64,000 nucleotides of DNA. It comes from Sarea resinae. Lineage: Eukaryota. Shown piece after piece: positions 51,782-63,229 of this stretch. Below the pieces are notes generated by a model. The model made no database searches, was not told the origin of the DNA, and saw only the letters and a list, made by a program, of their open reading frames with translations. The stretch spans positions 372,001 through 436,000 of the forward strand of contig JAPEUD010000004.1 in assembly GCA_026026165.1 (NCBI GenBank), written 5' to 3'. Position numbers and translations under genes: made by a program. The first letter of the stretch is position 1; each line of letters starts with the position of its first letter.

Positions 51782-54700
51782 TGTTTGGTAGAAAACCTCG
51801 ACGCCTTAGCAATCAACAGCGAATCCTGCCGTACGATATCGAGGACGAATTGTCCCTTCAGCCCTCGTACTCCCGTTTCCTTCGGGACCTCTGCGTGTCT
51901 GAAGCAGGGCCACCCACTGTTCTCCGAAGGCGACCCTTTGAGGGTGCTCCCGAACGGTCGACGGTTATTATATTATAGTCTTGATGACTCTGATGAATGC
52001 CGAAAGCGAGTGTCGTGATACCGATGAAACGTCAAATCCCATGAACGATGACAAGCTGATGAACGAGAGAATGATTGATGGTGCGTGAGGGATCTCCGCA
52101 AGGAAAGCGAGTGTTTGACTTTCTCTCGGAAATCCTAAGCCAGGCTCAATCCGGAAATGGCGACCGTCAGCTTCGAGATCTACACGTCGTATGTGAGAGA
52201 TCTCTCGAGGGGAATCGTGCAAGACGAATGATGAAAAAACGAAAAGCGAATGTATGCGACGAGAAACACGACGGCCGGTTGTGGTTGAGGCTCGCGCGGG
52301 AGTGAGGATGAGTGTTCGATTCAGCAGAAGGCAGTCGAGGATTTCTGCGACAGGTAGGTTGGAGAGACCGGATGGGGCGAGGGAGGGGGGTGGGCTGGGA
52401 AGAGAGAGAGAGAGAGAGTGTACGAAAGTAGTGTGTGGCCAGGGGACGCGGAGGGCTGGCGGAAGGTACGAATGCTGGAGTATCGGTTGTCGTCGTCGTC
52501 GTACCTCGTAGTGATCGTAGTGGTCGTAGTGCGTGGATAACAGCGGTGCCAGGTGTGCAAGAGAGAACTACGACGGACACTAGAGTAAGGTAGCGAAGGG
52601 CGAGAAGGGGAAACCTGCCAGCTAAGGGAAGAGGGAAGGGGGGAAAAGGTGCTTGAACGGGACGCGAGTGCTGATAGCCCTAGGCGATTAGGATTTCCGA
52701 TCACACCCACGCGTCCACTTTCCAATAATAATAACAGCCGAACGGGAGGTATAAGGTATAATGAGAGTGCCTCCCCTCTACTGCGCAGTATACGGTACTC
52801 CAGACTTCCACGGAGGACTAACGGTAATCGTGCAGGACGGTAAGGTAAGTGCGATATTGACAGTCAGGGCCCGCGTGTCAATGATGTGCTTCGAACCGTC
52901 AATGATAGGAGGACTTGACGGTCACTTGAGAGACACCAAGCAGCTCGCTCTTTGGATCGTCTGTTGAGAAGAAGCAGAAAGAAGACGGTGAAGATGCCTG
53001 CTCTTGCCTGCTTAGCTGCTCGATTGGTACGCGGCACAGTTCATAGCTACCTATCCATGAACGGGACGCAATATTGGGGATCAGGGCTCATCAGGGCTCC
53101 TAGAAAACAACAGTACTCGACGAGTATCCGTGCATCTGCTGGTACTTTGTACTTCGTACTTGGTACATGGAGTATGGGAGTTCTGGGGTTTGAAGAGGGG
53201 AGAGGGGAGAGGGGGACGGGCAAGATGGTGATTGACGTTCCTATCGGCCCACGCAGGCATGTACGAAGTACTTCGACTGTGTATCTCGGGACGAGGGTAC
53301 TTCAATCACGGTTGCAAAGATATTGGCAGCGCAGTATGCCCAGGGGCAGGACGGAGTAGCCGGTCGATCAAAATAGACGCTCTATCTAAGCGTACCGAAG
53401 AGGATATACAAGCTAATGTAATGTGCCGCACGAGCACGGAGCGATGAGACTGCACGACCGACACCACCACGATGGGATCATCGAGACCACCACGCGAGCT
53501 TGATCGGACTGGGTGAAGTTGCCACCATGGCCAGAGCTACGTTAGCTCTCGTCCGGAGAAGAACAACAACACTATCTACCTGATCCAGTCCGGCCAGGCC
53601 TCTTCTTCTGAGGGGACTCTTGATGGAAGTGTAAGAGGAAAAGATGATGGAAGCCAAGGCAAGGTACCTCAGGTCCGGTCGGGTACCTACCTAAACTACT
53701 CGTACCTAGAGTGAGGTGAGGTAAGGCACAGAGGACTTCGTACCTAGGTCCGATACGGAATAGGAGACGCTTGTTCCAGGTTCTTCCCTTAGCGACGGCG
53801 ATACAGCGAGACCAGCGTACCCAGGCCCCTCTCGGCTTGCCCTGGAGCCTTCTGTGTCGTCCCACAAGAGGGAAAGTGTCCAATATCCCGCAGATTAAGG
53901 GCCTTAGACGGAGCCAAGAGCGAACGAGCGATCACCGCTCCGGAGGGCGATGGCGGTACTTGCACCCAAGTACCCAGACTACAGCTGCCCTAAATCTTCG
54001 GCTCCGAGTAGACAGGTGTCTTACACAGTACCTTTTTGTACGCTCCTACTCAGTACATATTTAGTAGGCACTTTGTACTGAAGTAGTTGTCTGTCTGTCT
54101 GTCTGCCTGTCTGCCTGTCTGTCACTACCTACTTACTACTACGACGAACCTTTGCCTTCTCGGTTCTTTATTTTCGTTCGGTCTAAATCTGGGACGCGTG
54201 CCCCTGGAGCCCTGGGGATGTGCAGATATCGCCTCTTTATTATTAGTGCGGGCGCCACATCTGACCACTGAGTTTCGGGCAAGCCTTTTCTCCTTTCCTT
54301 TGACTCCGTACGTGAGAGAGCCTCCATTGTACTATGTACGTAGGATATCCAGAACCTTATCCCGCTCGTGCTCTGATATGGCAATTGTTGTGCGCATAGA
54401 ATGAATGCTTGATCTGCTTCGATCCAATCCTACTGCTGTAGCTCGACCTCCCCTGGTGTATGGTACCTAGCCTTGTGCGAATTCACTTAAATTACTTGCT
54501 TCGATGAACAGCTTTATCGCGTTCAATGCTTACTTCCTGGTGCCTGACAAGATACAGATGGACCAACCATCAGATGGCGACATGCTCCCCTCCTTACCAG
54601 CATCATCACCAATCCATCACCGCTCATCCATGCCTCTTCCAAGAAAACTTGGCACAGAAAATCAATAAGACCGACCGAGGATTATTGGACGGCTAAGCTG

Positions 54701-56754
54701 TTGACTTTTCATGGATGCCAGCATGGCAATTTAGAGCATTTAATTTCGCCGATCCGATTTTAGTCGGAGTCTTGACCTGTAGCGGCCAAGATCGCCCCTG
54801 ATGCTGACTAAGCCTTCCTTGCAAGCGTCGTCTGGTCTAACGTTAGACCTCCGTGCCAGCGACATGGGGGACGGGAGAAAAGCGCACGACGCCTTTTGGG
54901 AATGTCTGCCTGTCCGCCCGCTCTGCCTTAGTTTCCTTCCTCTGAGCCTGTGTTTGCCTGGAACCTTCCCGGTGTGCGGGTGCTCCCCGCGAGACAGCAC
55001 AAGACGGCGAAAAGCATAAGGGTACAATACCCGTCTGGAATTTAGTTTTCTCTTTTTTTTTTTTTTTTGGCTCGAAGCTAACAGCGCGCGCTGCCTCTCA
55101 TGCCCGATAAAGAAATTCATCACCATCCCCATCCCCATCACCGTCACTGATCTACAGAACGAAGCGTTCCTGCACTTCTCGAGTGATTCTTCTCAGGTAC
55201 ACACGACAGCCCCTATCAGTTCAGACCGGTAAGGTGCGGGTAAGCTCAGGCTCGAACTGTGGCTTGATTTGGAAAACGGTACTTAAAACAACCTTACCCC
55301 TATCTCGGGACCTTGCGGCACCGCGCGCAGAGCACAAAGCCGGAGCTCATTTAGAGAATGATCCCGTAGATCCGTACGGTCGCTAGCTGATGCCAGCACA
55401 GCAGGAGAAGAAATCTTGTGATTCTTCTTCCAGGCAGGGAACGATGCCGTAAAGTTAGTCGCTTGTTGCCCATGAATGAATGCCACGAGCCGCTCGCTCG
55501 CGACTCACAACGCGCCCCGGCGGGCGGCCCCCCTCCCCCCAATGATCTCGCGCTCGACTAGGGTAGGGCCAAATTAGAGAGGCACCTCGGGTCAGCAACA
55601 AAGAGTACCATTTACCCCTAAGCCCGGGGCTGTCGGGTCCGCGTTGGAGACTTTCGCACACCATACCGTAAACACCGTAGCCGCCCCTTTCTTTCCCATG
55701 CTCTCTTGTCGGTCCTTCGAACACAGATCGCCGACCATACCAGGTGGGACATGCGTTTGGCCCCGGACGAGGAAAAGAAGCACGGGCTGTAGTTGGTCCG
55801 GCCATCTCGGCCGATGAGGGTCCGTCTGAAATAGTTAGTCGAAGGATCGGCAATTGGGCTTTGGTTTTTTTGAGCGGGTGGTTTGTGGATAGAGTAGACG
55901 TCGGGTAGGACAAGGTAAGGTAAGATGGCCAGGTCGGGGAATTGGAGAGCAGGTGATAATTTCGCTAAGATAAGCAAAGGCCGGTAGGTAGCCAGATGAA
56001 GGACTGTGGTTGAAGTTGAAGTGATATTCATTGATGGTGATCTCTGAGGATACGCACCTAGGGAAAGGAAACTTGAAGCACTTTCGTGCGTCACTACTAC
56101 GTAGTTAGCTCTGGGGATTGTTATCTCATCTACTTTACCTACTAAAGTACCGATCATTCACCTCATCTCATCTCACCTCATCTCACCTCATCTCACCTCA
56201 CCTCACTATTCATTAGCATTATCATAGTCCATAGATACCTGCCTTAGGCATCTACGCTGTAACATCATGATCTTCACCACCATCATCACGCCAAGCGCCA
56301 AGCGCCTGACACTCTTATCTGATATTCCTCTCCTTAGATCTGACGACAAACAGAGGCCGGAAAGGGCCTTCCAACATTTTTCTAGAGTTACAACTTAGGT
56401 TGACAGTAAAGGCAGCACGACAAAGGAGCATGGCAAGACAAAATAATCAAAAGGCACGGCATCATCAGCTGCAACACAGCTCCGCACTACATTTCCGAAT
56501 GCCTGAGCATCAGTAGCATTCCATTGCATTCAATTCCATTGCATTGCATTGCGTCACCTACAAGCCAGCCAAACAGGAAGAACACTGCTTTTCGCAAACA
56601 GTAAAAAAAATCGGATTTTCCCACGTCCCTAATCCGATCAAGAAAAAAAAGAGGAAAGAGAAAACCAGAGAAGATAGTAGAGAAAGCCCATATAATCCAG
56701 ATATTCTTGCCACTCAGCCCAAGCCGAGCCTTAGCTCCGAATGAGAACCGTTTT

Positions 56755-58794
56755 CTAGTTTGCCATGTACGTGCTAGAGTCGATGCCACCTTCGGGAAAC
56801 TCTCTGTAGGCGTTGTAAGTACGGATCCAAAGACCAGCGGGAGGGAAACTCAGTAACGTACGGAAGGGCAACTTCAAATCTCTTTTCAATGGACTTCAGA
56901 ACCTCTTCGTCTTGCTCGCTACTCACGAAGGAGATGCTGAGACCCTTGGTGCCGAAACGGCCAGCACGACCAACACGATGCAGATAGGAGTCCGCATCAC
57001 CGGGAAGATCGTAGTTGATGGCAAGGTTGATGCGTTCGATATCGATACCACGACCGAAGACGTCAGTAGCGACGCAAATACGCTTGTTGAATTCTTTGAA
57101 TTCCTTGTACCGTTTGATACTGCACGACTATCAGCCATCGCTTTGCGGAAGTATGGATGCTTAGTTGCCTACCGTTCTTCCTGGCTGACACCGGAATGCA
57201 CAGCAATGCTGGGGAAATTACACTCGCGGAGTAGCTTGTCCAATTCGGTAGCACGCATAGTACTCTTAACGAATATGATAACCTGGTTGAACTCAAGGCT
57301 GTCAAGGAGATCATTCAACTTGCGGTTCTTCTCTCCTTCGGCGAGCTTGATGTAGTACTGCTGAAGACCATGAAGGGTGAGCTTCGTCTCGTCGTCGACA
57401 TAGATTTCAAGAGGGTTCTGCATGAACTTCTTGCAAATTGGCCGGATCTCCTGCGACAACGTGGCGCTGAACATCATGACCTGCTTAGTCGAGGGCGTAG
57501 AACGGAAAATCTCCTGGACATCGCGGCGCATATCTTCCATAGGTCAGTCTGGGCCGACTACTTTGAAGTAGGACATCCTCTGAATAGTTCAAGCTTACCA
57601 ATCTGATCTAACATTTTATCGCACTCATCCAGGACGAAAGTTTTGATATTCCCCAGACGAAGACGCTTATCCCGAACGAGGGCGCAGAGTCTGCCGGGAG
57701 TTGCGACAATTATATGCGGGTGGGTGTCCTTGTTCGAAAGGATCTCAATGTCCTTCTGCATCGGAGTACCACCGTAGAAGACTGCCGTCTTGACATCCGG
57801 AAGATATTTGCTAAACCGGGCATATTCGTTCTTGATTTGATAAGCCAGTTCACGAGTGTGGCACATGACCAGAACAGAGGTCTCGCCCGGGACGGGGTCG
57901 ATTTGCTGTAGTGTTGTGAGGACAAACACGGCAGTCTTACCCAGACCGGACTTGGCCTGGCAGAGAACATCGGTACCGAGAATGGCTTGAGGGATGCACA
58001 CTTGCTGTACTGTAGGGATGAACGGGTTCGGAAGTTAGATTTGCTTCGTTCCAAGAAATTGCAGAATGACGAGCTTCGGGCGACACGTCCGTCCATCTCG
58101 CGCTAATGAGCATTCGAACAACAAAAACCGAACAGCAACGACCAGGCACTCCGATGCGCAACAATATCGTAAAGCAGGAGAAAAGCCGAAACAACGACTC
58201 CAACAACGCATATTTCGCGACAACCGAGCGACTGCGTCGCAGGTGGCGTGGGAAGTCTCTTGCTACAACCACGACAAACAGCGGAATCTTATCAATATGA
58301 CGTGGAGTCGTATAGAAGAAGCCAGTGACTCGACACGAGTATGGAAGTGCTGTCTGCTGCCGACGCTATCTGCAGCCGAAATACAGTATAGATGGGGCCC
58401 CCCGAGAGACTTCCTCCTGCGACCAGCGAGCTCGGTATCGACGCCTCTTCCTCTTTTAACGCGGCTCATTGCGGAGATGGACGGACGATGGTAGAAGGAT
58501 AGAGTGGATGAAAGCTTGGGGGAAAACTTATGACTGACCCTCCGATGGATGCTCGAATCCGCAGTCGGTGATAGCGCGGAGAAGTTCCGGCTTCAGCAAG
58601 AAGTCGCGAAAGCCCGTCGAGTGGATGCCGACATAACTACCCTTCTTATCTGCGCTTCCGCCAGATACCGTCAGATCGCCCTTCTTGGCCGCATCACCGT
58701 TGGTGGCCGCTGCAGCGGTGGTTGATGCTGCCGCGTCGGTCGTTGGCAGCTCCTCGTCCGAGTAGTCGATGAGATCCTCCTCTCCGTGAGACAT
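56755..58794 (-). CDS. sub2: ATP-dependent RNA helicase SUB2/UAP56 (TREX, splicing and mRNA export)
   Basis: Exons 58794-58539, 58009-57599, 57533-57173, 57119-56862 and 56803-56755. Motifs [64 protein letters not shown]. Confidence 0.97.
58086..58487 (-). ncRNA. Putative structured intronic RNA element in SUB2 intron 1
   Basis: Nested complementary segments: 58086-58099/58474-58487 (14 bp perfect), 58101-58111/58464-58473, 58223-58229/58430-58436, 58236-58243/58416-58423 and 58251-58260/58405-58414. Confidence 0.65.
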
Positions 58795-59576
58795 TGTGAT
58801 GGCTTAGAAGTTATATGTGGTTAGGATGCGTTGAGGATGAATGAGTTGGATGGCCGGGCGAAAACCGATATTGTCGCGGTTTCGTATTGATGGACTTGGC
58901 CTTGCTTGATGACAGATTATTGAGGGAACGGTTGAGTCGGACAATAGAGAGCCAAAGCCAATGGAGATTCTCGAGACCTTTCCGGATGTGAAGGTAGAAA
59001 GGAAGAGGAAGCGTTCTTGATGGGCAGTGGTGAGTAGGTTTGAAGACGCGAGATGGAGGTTGAAGCTTGATGAAAGAAGATGGAAGTAGAAGACGATTGA
59101 GAGAAAGCGCAGGAAAGATGACAGATGATTGGGAGGGAAGGGCGACGCGAGCATAGAAGTAGAGGGACTTTGCGATTTACGGAAAGTCTATCGTCAATAA
59201 AGTATTGAGTACCTGCTGTCGTTCAACCATGAATGCGGCTGAGTCGAATCGATCTAGACCGAAAGCGGACTGACAATCCAATTCTACATTGTTCTACTAG
59301 AAACCGTATTGCTGATACCGATAGATTACATAAGCCAGCACTGCTCTACAAAGACGTGGAACCTGGTGTCGGTGGAGCTGAGTTCGGCATCATCTGTGAT
59401 CGCTTTTCGAGGCTTCTGCACCGAGCCGCTGCGCCTTGATGTTTGTTTGATACTTCCAATGAAAATATACATTGAATTACTCCTCAAGTCTGAAGAACTG
59501 TACCGAGTGTTCCGAATCAATTCGATAAAAAATTGTTCCGATAGAGCTCATCCACCAGCCCTGATCGTTGATCACC

Positions 59577-60370
59577 TCACTGAAACCTGTCTGTCGCGGG
59601 CCCGACGCCTCCTATGCCAGAGGTATCCGCCAACGACTCTTTTAACTTCTCCATCTCCTTCACCAATTCCGCCTGATCATCACATTTCTGCAAACTTTCG
59701 AAGTCAATCATCAACGTCTTGCCGTTGCGAACTAGAAAATTGTGCTTGTTGACGTCCCCGTGCTTGAAACCAAGGCTATGCAGCTTCGACAGCGCTGCCT
59801 GGCATAGATCGAGGTCCTCCACCCCCGCATGCCGAGCGTCGGTGATCCTCTCGAGAATGAAGCCAATGGCTCGACCTTCCTCGAGGATGTGGCCGAGAAA
59901 TCTTGGAGGTGCTTGTACGCTGTCGTCTCGTCCTCGTACCAGGGGATTTGCCATCCGAAACGTGCGAATTTGAGGATGACGCTCGAATCGCCGAAGTGGT
60001 TGGGGCAAGTCGCCTCGTAGAGCCTGCCTTCGATCTTCTGTCCAATGGAGAGGTCAAGGTACTCGATTCGTAGCGGATGCCAAAGGCTCTGTATGCAAGG
60101 AAGGTCGACTTTGGAAGCGGATGCAAAGTAAGCTTCGCCGTTGTTCTTTTCATCCTTCGAGATCGTGGCAACGTTCCATTCTCCCGAAGGTAAAGGAGGG
60201 ATTAATGTCGGGAAGATTGGTCCAGAGCCCATGTCGTCATCATCGTAGATACCAGGGTCAATTTTAATGTATTTAATCGACTTGCCATTGACAAGGACGC
60301 GAAAGTCACTGACAGTGTTAGAATCTATCGACGCCTGCAGCAGCTGGACCTCTTGTCTTGTCGCTGACAT
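59577..60370 (-). pseudogene. Protein-kinase-like (APH/ePK-like fold) gene broken by a frameshift
   Basis: The N-terminal half starts at ATG 60370 and reads VILKFARF..YEDETTAYK. The C-terminal half is in another frame and reads PRFLGH..GFILERI..LHSLGFKHGDVNKHNFLV..LMIDFE. The switch is at about 59905-59915 with no room for an intron. Confidence 0.7.
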
Positions 60371-60925
60371 GTTTGTTGCGCTTTGAGAAATGCTCAATCG
60401 TGATGAAATTGGGGGGTATATACACGGCGTAGTCAAGGAACGGGTATAAAACTGAAGACAGAGAGCACGAGCAAGAAATTGACTGTAAGTGGAGATTGTA
60501 AAAGGATCCGCTAATAAGTGCGTGACAATTAAGGTGATATCCTTGACGAGATCTGGCTGATTGAAGGCATTGAAAGCAGAAGCGTGTGCTAGACTCCTTC
60601 GCCTTTGCATCTAAGCGCCGATCTAAGCGCCGAGTGTTGTAGTGCTAATCTTCTACGCAGTAGAGAGGCTCGACGAAAGATGAGCGAGACCCTTGTCCAG
60701 GCACCTCTATATTGCTACAAAAATCCGGCAATCATGTCGTTAGCGAGAGGACATGACACTTCTATAACTAAAATTCGTGCGAAAGACGTCTATTGTATTC
60801 GTTCATTCATCTGCCTGCAGGAGAATGAATACGCGTGAATGAGAAGATAGAATTACAATTAAAAACCGAAAAGTACATCTCTTTGTCAAGATATCTATTT
60901 GACTTGAGAAACATCTCGAACATCC

Positions 60926-63020
60926 TTAGAACCTCGCCTTCTTGGAAGCTAGTGTCCTTGCCCCGTTGATCTCGGTGCCCAGGTCGAGTACTCTGCGTTT
61001 GCGACTAGGTTCTGGTGACTGAGAAGATGGAGAGGCAGTTGCAATCGATCTGGGACTCTCGACAAGGACTGCAGATGGCGAGTTTGGCCCGCTGCCGACG
61101 CGTGTCTTTCCTGGAATGTAGCGACCGGTTGGTGGTCTTTGAAAGGTCTCAATGATTGGAGGCCGCTTAACGTTTGAAGGAGGAGGTCGCTCAACGTTTG
61201 ATGGAAGAGGCCACTTAACGCTTGAAGGAGGAGGCTTCTCAATGTTTGAAGGAGGGTGCATAGTACTATGATGATCTGTCGACTCAGTCAGTCAGGTATC
61301 AAGTATCAACAGCGAGTAGGTGAGGTTACCAGTGACTGCCGGGCTTGCGACCATCCTAGCTTGAGGTACCGGCCCCTGTTCAGTCTCAAGAGCTGGCGGC
61401 TGGTGGGCACCAGATAATTCCCTCTTAGGCCGAGCAGGGCGACGAGGTGGGCTTTCAGCACCCTCTGACGCTGCACAGTAGCCAGTTGGCTCACGGGTAC
61501 GATGAGGAGTCGTCCGAGCGGAAGTCCTATTCGAACTTGCGACCGCGGCGTTCTCAGAGGACCCTTTGTCTGAGGCCTTTCCGGCGAGGCTGAGTGGACT
61601 AGGCTTTGGTCGATCTTTATCGATCGCGTCAATGAAGTTCCAGGCATCCCTCCAAACTTTTGCGTTCAACCTCAGATCTATGTTATCCTTTCGTAAAGCG
61701 TCGCGAGATTGGCGTATATCCTTAAGCATCTGCTGCTTGGTCCGACTCTCCTGATACAAAGCGATCAACACAGCGACACAAACCACCTCCACAGGAGCGA
61801 ACTTCTTCGCATGGTCCCATCCACGATCCTCGAAAGCCATGGGATCCTGCTCGACTAGCTGAGAGAATGTGGTAAACACGTCGCGGTACAGACGCTTCGT
61901 GTTGTCATTGAGCGCATCCTTATTTTCGATGAACTTCCTAATGGATGGTGCAGAGGCCTTGAGGGAAGGGACCTTGTTTTGCATATCTGCCTTCAAAGCC
62001 TCATAGATCTGGGAGAAGCATGCTAGTATGATACGAAATTCTGCCGATCGCTTCCGCTCAATAAGACCCATAACAGAAGGGAAGTCGAGCTCATAAATCC
62101 GAGCAAATGATTGCCAGGGTCCTGTCGTGGCTCGCATCATTTCTGCTGTGTTCAGTGCCATACCCTTCTGAACTCTAGCGAATAGGTCCTCTTCTTGTTC
62201 GTGAGTGAGCTTTTCATACTCATAACAGACTATTCTTTTGTTCCGGAATGCAGCTTTGATAGTCTCAGGGAGTATTCTTCGGCTTGAGTGCCTACTGCCT
62301 GCCGCATCGATTCCTTCTTGGTAAAACCTACCCAATGTCGGTCAATCATATCTCAAAGATCAAAAGCCAAAGTGAAAAAACCAACCATTTGCGATCCCAT
62401 TTATCTTTAACAGGGATGTTTCCATTCATGAATTCGCGAATAGATGTGAGACGCTGCTTTCCATCTACACATATACGCTTTCGGCGCTTCACGCCATCAA
62501 TCACCGGAAATTGAATATTGAAAATGATGGGAGGTACGTAAAAATCCTCTGAATGCCATGAGTGCTGCTTTCGACCAAAGGTTTTGTAAGACTAACCAAG
62601 AAGCGAACTGATGAGCCCAGACATTCTTTCTTCTGACCAGACAACTCCACGCTGGTAGTTAGGGTTTAACTCGACCCAGGGCGAGTTGAGGATGTCTAGA
62701 AGAGCAAAACCAGTTAGAGATACGATCTCGAGATCGAGCGCCTGAGGCCAACGGAAGAGAAGATATACCAATAATGTCTTTGATTGAGAAATTCCAATTC
62801 GTCGGTTCTCCCAGCGGCTTCTTAGTAACAAATTCATTGGTTCTCTCTTCATCCTCACTCTCATCATCGGATTCGTCATAAAGATCATCCTCCTCTTCTC
62901 GGGCCTCCTTCTTGACTCGGACACCCTCATCAAGCAAAGGCGATGAAGGCGAGTCTGAATTGTCGTGGGTATCTCGATCACTAGTAAGACTAGCAGCACC
63001 TTCAAGAACCAAATCAGCGT
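60926..63020 (-). CDS. DUF262-domain protein (GmrSD N-terminal / ParB-Srx fold), 5' end uncertain
   Basis: Exons ~63020-62769, 62695-62597, 62548-62386, 62327-61330 and 61275-60926 join in frame. Motifs LNPNYQRGVVW..LISSLLEDFYVPPIIF, CVDGKQRLTSIREF, EDLFARVQKGMALNTAE. A possible mini-exon at ATG 63211-63196 is phase-compatible but has a weak GTTTTT donor. Confidence 0.8.
61158..61256 (-). repeat. 24-bp coding tandem repeat x4 (PPPSNV[KE]R-like) in the last exon of the DUF262 gene
   Basis: HPPSNIEK PPPSSVKW PLPSNVER PPPSNVKR. Confidence 0.8.
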
Positions 63021-63229
63021 CTAGGCCCTTGCCAATGCGAGAATGAATAGAAGGTATGCATTTAGATGCACTCAGAAGAAAACTACAGCCGGAAAAGGGA
63101 TCTGGCGATAGAGAACGACTAGAGTCTTGCGAGTCGCGACAAAGCAAATGAGGGTAAACAAGTGTCGAGCCACTTCTCAACTCAACACCAAAAACCTGTC
63201 GAGGCAGCCATAGCAGAAAGCGCGACTGT

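Noticed and set aside
58010..58538. Box C/D snoRNA hosted in the SUB2 intron, as in vertebrate DDX39B
   Set aside because: No RUGAUGA/CUGA box pair was found on the transcribed strand.
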